Shown here: positions 10,801 through 22,700 of the stretch, piece after piece | How positions within the stretch are numbered: the first letter of the stretch is position 1 | How the letters are laid out: the number at the start of each line of letters is the position of its first letter | DNA from: Geosiphon pyriformis uo1 | Lineage: Eukaryota > Fungi > Glomeromycota | DNA length: 64,000 bases | NCBI GenBank assembly: GCA_016748015.1 | Contig: JAAOMT010000479.1 | Span: 399,824 to 463,823 of the forward strand | Direction of reading: 5' to 3' | The notes under the pieces: model-generated | What the model saw: the letters and a program-made list of their open reading frames with translations, nothing else | Told to the model about the DNA's origin: nothing | The model's database searches: none | Program-made: the position numbers and the translations under genes

Positions 10801-13341
10801 ACAGGAAACTCAATGGTGTAACTCATGGAGACAGTTATCCAACTCCACGAATACAGAAATTATTTGATGCTTTTAGTAAGAACAAATGATTCTTCACATT
10901 AGATTTGGACAGTGGTTACTGACAAGTAACCATAAATCCAGCTGACAAAGAGAAGACGGCATTTACTACTAGAGAAGAGAATTTCGAATTTGAAGTAATG
11001 CCATTCAGCTTAACCAATGCTCCAGCAACTTTCCAATGGCTAATGGAAATTGTTTATACTGGCTTATTGTGGAAATTAGTAGTTGTATACTTGGACAACA
11101 CCAATGTATTCTCAAAGACATTTGATGATCATCTTCATCATCTTCAACAAGTGTTCGAAAGACTAAGAAGAGCAGAACTAAAGTTAAATGTGACAAAGTG
11201 CTTCTTTGGCAAGACAGAACTCAAATTCTTGGGACACATAGTCAGCAAAGACGGCATCAAAACGGATCCAAAAAAAATAGAGATAGTAAAGAACTTTCCA
11301 GTACTGACCAATATAATAGAACTGAAATCATTCTTGGGATTTGCCAGCTACTATCATCGTTTTATCAAGAACTTTTCCAAGATAGCACAGCCATTCAATC
11401 AACTACAAAACAAAAATGCGAAATATGAATGGACAGAAAGTCAACAAGAAGCTTTTGATATTCTGAGGAAAAAGCTCATCCAAGCTCCAATACTGATCTA
11501 TTCAAATTACAGCAAACCATTCATCATCATCATCATCAATGTATCCAGCCAAGCATTGGGAGCAGTATTATCTCAGAGAAGACCAGATGGCAGAGAACAT
11601 CCAGTAGCATATGCCAGCAAAGGTTTAACACCAGCCGAAAAAAACTATGGAACACCAGAACAAGAACACTTAGCAATATACTGGGCCATCATGAAATAAA
11701 AAAAATACTTGAGCCAGAAGTTTGAAGTATACACAGATCACAAGAGATTAATATCACTCCAAAAACAAGAATTTGGAGATGGAAGACAGACAAGATAGAA
11801 AATGGCACTCGCACCATACAATTATACTATACATTACAAAAAGAGAAAAGACAATAGAAATGCTGATGGTTTATCACGAATAAGACAAATCTAAGAACAT
11901 TTCAACCCAAAAATATAATAAAAACCAGAACAATACCAATGGAAAAATACAACAAAAGATGAACATACAAAAATATTAACAATTGCAACATTATCTAAAT
12001 ATTCAACAGTTCAAGGAAAATTTATCTCATATAGAACGAAGGAGTATCAAACAACAATTAAAATATTTTATCACTTACCAAAATATACTTTATCAGAAAA
12101 ATAGAAGAGATCCAGATCAACCAACCAGAGTAATTACAGAGCCAGAAAAAGAGACAATATTATTCAACATGCACTCAAATCCAACAACAGGACATTTTCA
12201 CAAAGAAGCAACCATGGAAAAAACTAGAAAAAGATACTATTGGCCATCAATGTACCCAGACATCATTTAATATGTTCAAAATTGTGATGCTTGTCAGCAA
12301 AGAGAAGGAACAAGACCCAGTGAACTATTAAGACCAATCAAAGTAGGACAACCATTTGACTGTATGGGAATTGATTTAGTCAGACCATTAACAATCACCA
12401 GCAGAGGAAACAGATACATAGCAGTAGCTATGGACTATCTTACTAAATAGCCAGAGACAAAAGCAATTAAAAAAGCGGATGCAGAATCCGTTGCCGAATT
12501 CGTTCATTAGGATTTGATTTGTTGACATGGATGTCCAAAAAAATTATTATCAGACCAAAGAACTCATTTTGTGAACAGAACATTAACAGAATTAAGCCAA
12601 AGATTCAGAATCAAGAGACCATTATCATTATTATACCATCCACAAACCAACAGATTAGTAGAAAGATTCAACAGAACATTGTGTGAAACAATAGCCAAGC
12701 TCAGCCAAAAAAACCAAAACAATTGGGATTTGTTCATATCATCAGTACTATTTGCTTATCAGACAATGAAACAGGATACTACACAAGCAACACCATTTGA
12801 ATTAGTATATGGGAGAATAGCAATGTTATCAGTAGAGAGAGAAATTAATACATATCCAGCTGAACCAATAACTGAGAAAAATTTTCAAGAAACATTGCTG
12901 AAAAGAACATATGACTTAATGGAAACATTGGAAAACAAACAAAGAAAAACAGCTAATAATATCTAAAAGTCACAAGAAACACAGAAAGAAAGACATGATA
13001 GTCAACTATTAGACAAACCAGTTGAATTCAAGATCAAAGACAAAGTATTACTACATTGTATCAAAGCAAAAAAACAATGGAGTGGAAAATTTGACTCCAA
13101 ATAGGACAGACCATTTCACATAGAAGAAATTCTAAGAAATGGAGCTTACAAATTAAGATTAAATAACAAAATTTTAACCAAAGCAGCATATGGAGATCAA
13201 CTGAAATCATATCACAACATTACACTACAATCTACTAGTAATATTCCACAATTAGGAGTACAGAAAATACTAATCCAATCAGATGAGATTTCATGCAATC
13301 TGGAACCAATCATTATTATCGACAACAACATGTTAAATTGA
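7861..13341 (+). pseudogene. pol of element B: aspartic protease, Cys-rich region, dUTPase, RT, RNase H, integrase with GPY/F-type tail
   Basis: LILDSGSVGSII (near 8090), dUTPase 9666-10060, RT MPFSLTNAPATFQ...YLDN (10998-11400), RH LGAVLSQ...HPVAYASK, IN HSNPTTGHFHKE...YYWP and YHPQTNRLVERFNRTL; many stops. Confidence 0.95.
9666..10065 (+). CDS. dUTPase domain of element B (reading frame still open)
   Basis: DAGFDL, ASRSSLA, IIDIGYIGNI, KIAQAI, RGIQGFGSTG correspond to dUTPase motifs 1-5. Confidence 0.93.
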
Positions 13342-13395
13342 TCCATCAAAAAAATATATAAAGACATGGTAGACGCGATAGGAAATATCAGAAAA

Positions 13396-13976
13396 ATGGA
13401 AATTACAGACAACATTCATTAGTACAACAATTCTTTCAGTTAATCCAACACCAAGAAATGGAGATTACAATCAATCAACAAACCATTCGATATCAAAATA
13501 CTAGAAAGACATTTCAACTCAAAACACAGAAAAAAACTGAAAATACTATGGACAAAATCATAGTGAAAGTAAAATTAGCAATAAAAGAATCGACAAAAGA
13601 GTTACTATATCAAGAGTTGACTAAAGAAACTTGGAATTGGTGAATACAACAATTTCCACGAAACTATTGTTATTTTTACTTGGGACAACACATAAATATC
13701 CAGAATCTATATATGGATAAAACAAAGCGATTATTCGACCAAGGAGTACTACAACAATTAGAATATTTTGTGGGAAAGAACAACTTATCCACACAAGTCT
13801 GAGCCATATACCAAATACACACTGCATTTCAAGATAAACCAGAAATATTGCTCAACAGAGCAATGGATCTGGTTATCAGTAATCAATTGGGAAAAATCAC
13901 CAATGCTCAATTTGAAGAATTACAGACCCAAATAACACAAGTAATTCTCGAAAACAAAATCCAGGAAATACTTTAA
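13396..13976 (+). pseudogene. Accessory ORF3 of element B (unknown function)
   Basis: Frame 13362-13976 is open except for two TGA; homologous to 18029-18757 (minus). Confidence 0.8.
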
Positions 13977-14019
13977 GAGGGGAAATTACATGAGTTAAAT
14001 TTCAACAGAGCTCAATATT

Positions 14020-14034
14020 AAAAGGAGGGAATAA
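14020..14034 (+). promoter_or_regulatory. Polypurine tract of B
   Basis: AAAAGGAGGGAATAA immediately before the 3' LTR. Confidence 0.9.
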
Positions 14035-14919
14035 TGTTACTCATAGAAATATAAAAAATATATTAGCATAATTATTAGCCAATCAGAAGTAAGTGTAGTA
14101 AATGTGGAATTTCAGGATTCTTCTTAGGAATTGCAGGATTCCAGGAATTTCAGGATTCCCAATGAGGAATTACAGGATTCCAGAATTCCAAGATTTCTCT
14201 CAAAAGAATCACAGGATTCCTGTCGTGAAGAATCAAGAAATTGAGGAATCTCAATTATGTATATATATCAGTAGCATTAGAAACAGAAAAAACAGAATTG
14301 ATACCACAGAATCCTTAGCCTAGAAATGCAATCATCAAATAAATAATTATTTTATATCTCCATCTACTTCCCCACTATCAACTCTTCATGTTGATAGTAA
14401 TTGATACTTGACCACGCTGGAACAATAGCTCTTGATCATGGCTATTGACAGGATATTAATCTGCAAAGCACCTTGGCTTATTTTCTTTTCTTTCTTTATT
14501 TTCTTTTATTTCTCTTTCTTTATGTTATTTTGATTTGTTGTTATATACTAATTGATAAAAGATTAAGCACTGAGTTATTGATGTCAAGGATAGCCTGGTA
14601 AAAGACCCAGAAATACAGGTAGGATTTTATATATTATCAGATAGCTTACCAGAAGGACATGACTGCTAGACTAAATCTGGCCACTATGCTGAGAAAGAAA
14701 TTGGGAAAACTCTTGGAAAATATATCTACTATCGACACTATTGAATCTCTGTTCATTATACAAAGGACTTTACCAAAACCTTCAGATCAACCAAAACCTT
14801 CAGATCCATCAAAACCTTCAGATACAGTACCTTCAAAACAGCCTCAACAGAAGTAGCTTTTGAGCACCAAGTTATGGGTTTGTTATTTAATTCAACAGCA
14901 GAAATAATCATCTGTAACA
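14035..14919 (+). repeat. 3' LTR of element B (885 bp)
   Basis: Direct repeat of 4911-5811. Confidence 0.97.
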
Positions 14920-16905
14920 CCAAGATAGGAAGCTTGATTTAGGTATTCAGTTGGTGTTGATCGAGATTGGGCAGAACTGCAAGGGATTGGTCGAAACAGT
15001 CCACTGTTGGTTTGCACCTGATTGTTGTTGAGATTCCTCCATCCCTGATTATAGTCTATAGCTCGAGATCTGGACAGGCTGTAAGGGAAAGTTTGATAGT
15101 AAGGGATTGCTTGTGTCATTGGTGGTAGTTGATAATAATTCTGGGATGGTGGTTGAATGTATGGGACTTGTTGTGCATATAGAGGTGGTTGATTCTGAGG
15201 TATGGAATATTGGGGTACCATGTTTTGCTGATATCTGGGTTGCTGGTATGGGTTTCCTTGATTTTGGTCTATGATCTTCTTTCTGCAGTCATGGGCGATG
15301 TGTCCAGGTTTCTGGCAGTAGTAGCAGTTGTGAGAATCGAATCTCCAAGATTGTTGCTGTTGCTGATGGTTCTGTTGCTGTAGGTATTTGCTGTTGTTGT
15401 TATTTTTTCTCTGTTGGGGTGGTTGGTAAGTTCTTGTAGTTCTGGCTAAGAATCCCTCAATTTTCTGAGTTAGTTTCTCACTCAATTGGGTTATCTTTGT
15501 GTCGATGTCAGAGGTTCCGTTAATGGCTAAATTAACAGCTTGGGTATGGTTCGCTTCTTGTTCTGCAAACTCAAAATCGCGAGCAAGAGTAACGACATCT
15601 TGTAAACTGGTCGGATGGTGGGGTCTTATGGATCTTAGAATACTACTCCACAATTCTTTAATGAATTGATTAAGAACTTACACTGCAGTGTAGTAGTCCC
15701 TTTCGATAGCTAATATTTAATGCAGGATTTGATTGAATCGTCCAAAATAAGTAGTTACTGCTTCATGATTTTTTTGTTTAATCATGCTGAATTGATTCTG
15801 CAATCAGATTAACGTATTGGGGTCACAAAAGTATTGTAGAAATGCAAGTTTAAACTCGGTAAAGGAGGTAGGCTTCTCTGCCAGACTCTGGTACCACGAA
15901 TTGGCAGTTCTGGTCAAAAAAAATGGCAGTGCCTGAACTGTGCAGTTATTGTTCCAACCATTAGCGGTAATTGCTTTCTCGGCATCCGCAATCCAAGAAT
16001 ATGCATTATCTTCTTCACCAGAGAATTTTTCCAATTTAGCGATATCCCGGTAAGCCATGATCTGGTTAATGGGTGGAGTGTTACTGGTTATGTTTAAAGG
16101 AATTGGTGTCCGCATATTCAAGTGTTCTCTGGGTGCTAATGCTGGTTGCTTTTCTTTGTTGCTTAAACCAATAAGTTGTAAGATAGCTGTTTCTTCTATC
16201 AGGAGAGATGCTGATTCTGCTAGGTTTTGTATTGGTGGCTGTTCCCAAGTTGATGGGTTTCCTTCTGTTTGACCAGCTGCTGGAGTAAGATTTCCAAACA
16301 GCGATCCATATTCTCCTAGTGATTTGGTCCAACTGTGTTGATTCCAAGGGTGTGGATTTCCAGGAGTTCATGGTGTTTCCAACTGAGTTTCCGGGGGTGG
16401 GTTGAATACAATTCTACTTTGGGATATCTAATGGTATGATGGAGTTGTTGGAAAGAGGACCCTTGGTTTTTTGTTGACTGTGGACTTGGCTTGGGCAGTT
16501 ATGGGGTTGTTGGATTCATTTTTGTATTCCTCAAGATCAGATTCCACTGGTTGTTGTACTTGAGGGAATTGTTGTGCTACATAATATTTAATGTCTATAT
16601 TGATTATGCGCAGAGTTTCAGCGATTGCTCAGGTAGTTGTGGCTGTTAAGTACCCTAGTAAGCTTTGATGGATTTGTTCTCCAAGTTTTCTTGTATCAGT
16701 TGTGCGGCCTAATAAGCAATTGATTTTTGCGTTAATATAGTTACAAAAATTATTTTCTGCGTAAGTGGTTCCTGCTGGTATTTCTAGGTCTTTTCAAAAG
16801 TATTGAAATAGTGCTTTTCTGTATAAGAAGTGGTCCTTTCCTATTGTTTTAATAGTCACCACTTTTATGTATTTTTGGAGGTGCTCTGTCTCTGTGGATT
16901 TATAA
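14920..16905 (-). pseudogene. gag of element A
   Basis: MAYRDIAKLEKFSGEED capsid start, CYYCQKPGHIAHDC knuckle, Q/P-rich tail ending ...ASYLG, which rejoins LIEDQ... at 4906 once B is removed. Confidence 0.92.
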
Positions 16906-16922
16906 CCTCACAGGGAGCACCA
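16906..16922 (-). promoter_or_regulatory. PBS of element A, TGGTGCTCCCTGTGAGG
   Basis: Complementary to a tRNA 3' end ...CCUCACAGGGAGCACCA; 2 nt from the LTR end. Confidence 0.92.
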
Positions 16923-16924
16923 AA

Positions 16925-18008
16925 TGTTACAGGTAAACTTAGTGAATATGGAAAATGGTAACGTTTAGTGCTCTCAATTATTGATGATGCATCTTCTGCA
17001 TAATTCTGTTGGCTTAGTCTTGATTATCAATCTCTGAAGGTCTATTTCTGGATGTGAATTTAATCATTGAGTTCTTTGGTTATAAGACACAGAGTTTGTC
17101 TTTCGTCGATTACAATGTTTTTTGTAAATATGAGCTTTCTTCTCCGAGCTAATGAGCGCAATTGTTAGGGTCTGGCATTGTCTTTTCACCCTTTTAGTAA
17201 GCTAACAAGATAATGTTAATATCCAAAACTTAGGAGGAGCTTTCTTCTTTTACCAGGCTATCACAAAGTCTATTTCCAGACAGTCAATTTTACTATGTTG
17301 CCACTCCACAAAAAAATAAGACAGAAAAAGAAAAAAAAAAAAAAAGAAAAAAAAAAAAAAGAGAGAAAAAATAAATTAGTATCATCAATTGCCGTGATCA
17401 AGAGCGATTGGTCCAAATTGTTAATAGGTTCGAGGCAGTTATGCTAAGAGCATCTGTTTTAGAACGGAGGTACGAGACAAGAGTTAATTTACATAAATTC
17501 CATGAAGTTTGAGAACATGAATTCGTGATTCTGATTTCTTTAATAATTGGTTTATTTCAGGAGATGAAATAGGGAAGATAATAAAGAATGAAAAGATATA
17601 GATATTTTAATTCTGGTCTAAAGGTTCGTATCTATCTGTCTGTCTTTTCTTACTTTTACAATTACTTGCTTTTATACATTTTTTTGGTTTTACAGAATTG
17701 CTTTCAATTGTCTTGCTATCACTAGCTATTGCTTTGTTGTTTCTGTTATTGCTTTATTTTTCTATGTTATTGCTAATTATCCTATGTTATAACACGTTAT
17801 CTGATATTATTACATGTTATTCTGTGTTATCCTGCATTATAACACATTATCCTACATTATTGCACACTATTCTGTGTTATCCTGCATTATAACATGTTAT
17901 CTTACAATATAACACATTATCCAACATTATTGTGTATTATTCTGTGTTATGTCATGTTTTGGTTATGTTTCTTCATAACTTTGGATCGGTTTTTCTACTC
18001 AGATAACA
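16925..18008 (-). repeat. LTR shared by elements C and A (1084 bp)
   Basis: On the minus strand it begins TGTTATC after the PPT AAAAAGAGAAGGATAA (18009-18024) and ends GTAACA before the PBS; internal ~20-bp repeat array at 17760-17955. Confidence 0.9.
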
Positions 18009-19712
18009 TTATCCTTCTCTTTTTAAAATTAAACTCCTGCAAAACTATATGTATCTGTTATCATGACTTTGTTTGTGTAATGTTCAATTGTTGTCTCGAG
18101 TATTGCCTTTTGTAGGTCTTTGAACTGTTAATTGGTTATTCGTCTTATGTTGTTAACTGTTATGGTTTTTATAGATCCATTCAGTAGTACATTTAGACAA
18201 TGTTGAAAGGCGATGTATAGTCAGTATGCTGCTTTGTAATATAGGGTCAGGTTGTTTTTTTCTATGAATTTTTCTACTTGTTGTATTGCTTCTTTGTTGA
18301 ATGTTTTTTGGCTGAGGTCTTCATATGGTATTTTCAAGTCAAGCTGTTCTCCAATTTTGTAGAACCAATAAGCTGGAGGAAGTCTTTTTTTCTATTCCTG
18401 GGTATTGTCAGGTGTCCACTCCCCTGTTTTGGGAAGTTCGGTCTCATAAGCTAAAGCTTTTTTTATTTCTTCGAGCTCGGGGACCAAGTATCTTTTTTTG
18501 TAATCTTTTTCTCATTCTTTGCCTCCTTCTTTTCTATTTCCCACCCGAAGGCAATTTTTTCTCTAACATTGTCTTTTAGGTGGTGGGTAGGAAAGAGAAT
18601 GTTTAGTTCTAATTGAACTTTCGTCTTCCCCTCTTCTGCTCTTATTTTTGTACCATATCTTTTTTTTATTAATTATTATTTCTATTTGAGATGTCAATTT
18701 TTGAATTGTTTCAAATAATTGTTTAGATAATTTTAAAATTTGATCTAAAAGGTCCATGTTGAAATTTCTATTGTTTCTTGCTGCTTTTCAGATGCTATAT
18801 ATATTTGAATTCCCCAATTTAATTTGCTGCCCATTGTCTACATTTTGATGACAATGATTGGTTCCAGATCTTGTAGTATATCTTCTGGTCTGATTAATGA
18901 AATTTGTGTTCTTAGTTGAGGTACTGATGACAATAATTCCTGTTTTACATGATAAATTTTTAACCGATTTCCATGTGCTACTTTTTTTAAAATCTTGTCT
19001 TTCAATTGTAATTTGTAAGCTCTATTTCTTAACGCTTCATGTATGTGGAATGGACCGTCCTACTTTGGGTCAAACTTTCCACTCCACTGTTTCTTAGCTT
19101 TTGTACAATGTAACAGTACTTGGTCTTCAATCTTGAATTCCATTGGTTGTTCTGATAGATGTTTATCATGTCTTTCTTTTTGTTGTTCTTGAGTGTGACT
19201 AATATTGTCAGCTATTGTTCTTTGATTGTTTTCCAATGTTTCCATTAGCTGGTATGTTCTTTGGTATAAAGTAGTTTCAAAATTCTCTTCATTGATTGTT
19301 TCTGTTGGGTATGACAATATCACTTGTTCAATTGGTAATGTAGCTTTTTTTCCATAGACTAATTCGAACAGTGTGAACTGAGTTGTATTTTGTCTCAATG
19401 TTCAGTATGCAAAGAGTACAGAAGGTATGAATAAGTCCCATTCTTGTCTGTTTTCATAATTTATTTTTGCTAGTGCTTCATACAGTGTTCTGTTAAATCA
19501 TTCTACCAGTCCATTCATTTGTGAGTAGTATGGTGACAATAAGGGTCTCTTTATTTCAAACTGTTAGCTTAGTTCAGTCAGCATATTATTAACAAAGTGT
19601 GTTCCCTGATCAGATAATAATTCTTTCAGACATCCATGTCAGCAAATTAGATCTTGATGCACAAATTTGGCAACTGTTTTGGCATCGGCCACTTGGATTG
19701 CTCTGGATAACA
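18009..19712 (-). mobile_element. Element C: internally deleted sister copy of A (3' integrase + ORF3 + PPT)
   Basis: 19160-19706 closely matches 1-550 at DNA level; ORF 19060-19398 is integrase C-terminal; ORF3 at 18029-18757. Confidence 0.9.
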
Positions 19713-19724
19713 TAAAATTAATTA

Positions 19725-22700
19725 ATTATTATTTTTATTATGTATTTAATGAGTGAAACCCAATTGCTATCTAGTACATAGAATTAAACTAAGTAGATTA
19801 AACTAAATACAGTTTATGTACTTGCTACATGTGACCAGCCACTCAAACCAACCAAGGCTATACTACACATTTATGTGAACACATATGTCACTACTTAAAC
19901 CAGAAAAAAAATAACACATTATGCGTCTACCAAAGCTAACTGTGAAAGATTTTATAATACCAAGCATATGAACCACCCTATTGAATAATGTAGACACCAA
20001 ACACAAAGACAGTTCCGAAATTAAACTATTATCCTTGACTAAACCAGCCTTTTCCATATCTACCTTATGTTTGGATCTAATAAGTCATATCTTAGCATGA
20101 TATAGTTCTACCACAAACTTAACATAATTAACAAAAACCAGAACAGCTCTTTTTTTCTCTTTAAAGCACAAAACAGCTTCAGCATACCAATTTCTTAAAA
20201 CAAAGCCTTTGCAAATAGTGATGTATAGACCCACATCCAAGGAATATGATGAAAGTGAATGCAAAATAAAAAATAAAAATGGGCAAAAAAAATCTGTTAA
20301 CAAAACCCATCTCTTAGTAGCTTTAGCCAAAATGTTTTCATAGAGACCAATATCACTACAGTACAAACATAACACATTAAGGTAGCATTTGTTATACAGA
20401 CATTTTCAAACAGCAATAAACAGCCAATGATGTAAAGCCTTCATAAAATAAATGCAAACATTAGCAGAAAGTTTATTAGTGAAACCAGCAGTTATATATA
20501 AGTCAGAATGTCACACCAAAAATAAACCAAACCAGTCAACATCTAAAAGCAAACTATTAGACAAAATCTTAAAACTAGAACCAACTTTTCAATATACATG
20601 GTAAACAGACCAAAAAACCTCATAAACAAAATGTCTAAAATTACCAAAAACCACACTACTGTCTGCCAAAATGTAACACTCCTTTATACAGAAAGAGAGA
20701 TACTAATTAGAAACAGATGTAGTATCAACAAAAGCATCAACACATTTATTGCCCAAACTCCTGAGTGACTCTTCATCTTATGCCATTTAATATGCAAATT
20801 TTTGTTACAAATAATTCCTGTAATGTGCTGGTATTTAACCCAACACCAATTCTAAAAGTCCAAACACAACAAACCCAATTCTATACTACATGCATTTAAA
20901 GTAGCTTGACTGTCTGCAAATAAGCAAATTAAGCTAAGAAAAAAGACAAATTTAAGAGCCAACACAATAGCTTGTAGCTCCACTAAAATAAAAGATAGCA
21001 AACCTGACACCCTAATACTCAAATCCAAGTTTATGTCTCCAAAAAAAACTGCAGTACTTGTTCTCATATCAGTGGTTTCCAAGTTTTTTAGAGACTTATT
21101 AATATAGACAGACAGATTATTAGCATTAACATTCAACAATTAACCATAAAATAACTCAAAAACACCTAACTTAAGAATATTCAAAGAACTAATACCACCC
21201 AAAAGGGAAAAACATATAGAAAAAAGACCACTAAAAAAGTTTACAAAGAGCTTAAAACAATCAGGAATAGGGCCATGAAAGTCCAATTTCTTCTATTGCT
21301 TAAAGGTTTTCCAATTAAAAACATTGCCATCTTGGCTGTAAAATTGGTTCATAAAAGCAATACTGTATTGCCAAAGTAAAGAGTGGAACTTAAAAAACAT
21401 AAACTCACCAAGAACAGTTGATATAAAGATCTTACTTCAAAGATAAATTGCAATCAAGAAGAATATAAATCATATCCACCAAAAAGTTATTAGAAGAGCT
21501 AACTTTAATATAAGCTGGAAAGCTCAAAAAATAAAGAGAGCACCAATACAAAACTTGTAAGTTATGAAATTTTTGAGAAAACAAACATCCCAAAATTCTG
21601 ACCAAGTTTGCAAAATTTACAAGAGATGCCACTTTGCTTTCAGCTTGAACTTGCTCAAAAAATTTTAAGCCATATAAAGAAAGGTGATAAAACACATTAT
21701 TAAAAAAATCAAAAAGCAGACCAGATTTTAATTTCAAGTCTTTATGAATCAAAACATCCCACTTATTACACACACTAATTAAAATGAAGCTGAATTGGGT
21801 TCTGTAGCCAACAATAAAATAAAAGACAACTAATATCAAATACAAAAACTGCTTGTTAAAAATGGTTTTTTCAGAACAAAATTGGTAAAAAACCAGACAT
21901 CTGAGTGTATCTTAGCTAAGCTAGACTTAAACAAATTTTCACTAAATAAAAAAATATCTAGATAGTAATAAGATTCACTCTTTTTGGCAATGAAAATAGG
22001 TAAACCATTGATTAATAAAAAAGAACTATTAATTCTGCAATTGATAAGAATAGCTACCATCTTGTCATTATTAATAAAAATATTATTGACCCAAAAAAAT
22101 TTCCTGACAACATTAAAAATATATTGAATAGTATTTTGATTGCTGTCAACCCAAATTGTATTATTAACAAAAACATTAGCAGTGAAAAAAGAAGACAATC
22201 TAGTTTAAGATTCTGTATGACCATTCCTATAAATAAAATAAAAATTCAACCTGTATTTATATACACTTTCTTGTCTTTTAACTTTACACAGAAGAAAATC
22301 ATAAAAAATATGCCACAAAAAAATGAAAAAACCTCCTCCTAATCTAAACCATTATGTACTTAATATCTACTAGTCAATCCAAAATCTATCATAACCTTGT
22401 TAATGCAACTATTGTAAATACTACCAAAAAATCAAATAAATTTGTTGTATATTTTAATTCTAATTAAGCTTTTTTTAAGGTGCTTTTAGCCAACAGAATT
22501 ATATGCTTTTTGTATGTTCTGCAAAACCAACTAAAGTTCATGGTTTTTTTTCAGAACATTTTTAATTACCAAACCAATGGCAAAAATAGGAAAATGTGTT
22601 AATATACTTTTTAAAACTGAAAAATTGTCCCTATAAAGCACATCAAAAGTGCTGCAAACCACTGAGATCCTATCTGAAAGGATCTTAGAAAGAATTTTAT

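Larger units (their letters stand above)
4911..14919 (+). mobile_element. Full-length Ty3/Gypsy element B nested in element A
   Basis: Paired LTRs TGTTAC...GTAACA at 4911-5811 and 14035-14919, PBS at 5814, PPT at 14020-14034, internal gag-PR-dUTPase-RT-RH-IN. Flanks CTGA/CCAA are consistent with a 4-bp TSD CCGA. Confidence 0.97.

Noticed and set aside
13000-13341. Chromodomain at the integrase C-terminus
   Set aside because: Only a GPY/F-type module (...RPFHIEEILRNGAYKL) is visible; no chromodomain Y-x-V-K-W motif.
13396-13976. ORF3 as an env gene
   Set aside because: Short, with no signal peptide, transmembrane segment or evident cleavage/fusion peptide.
17326-17371. Long A-run as a retrocopy poly(A) tail
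   Set aside because: It corresponds to the pyrimidine tract at the same position in the B LTR, so it is part of the LTR.
17375-17414. Hammerhead ribozyme or snRNA fragment in the conserved LTR block
   Set aside because: No CUGAUGA...GAAA core with flanking stems; similarity to U2-complementary sequence is too short to support.
17698-18115. Hydrophobic ORFs resembling membrane proteins
   Set aside because: They are antisense translations of the LTR repeat array and flank.
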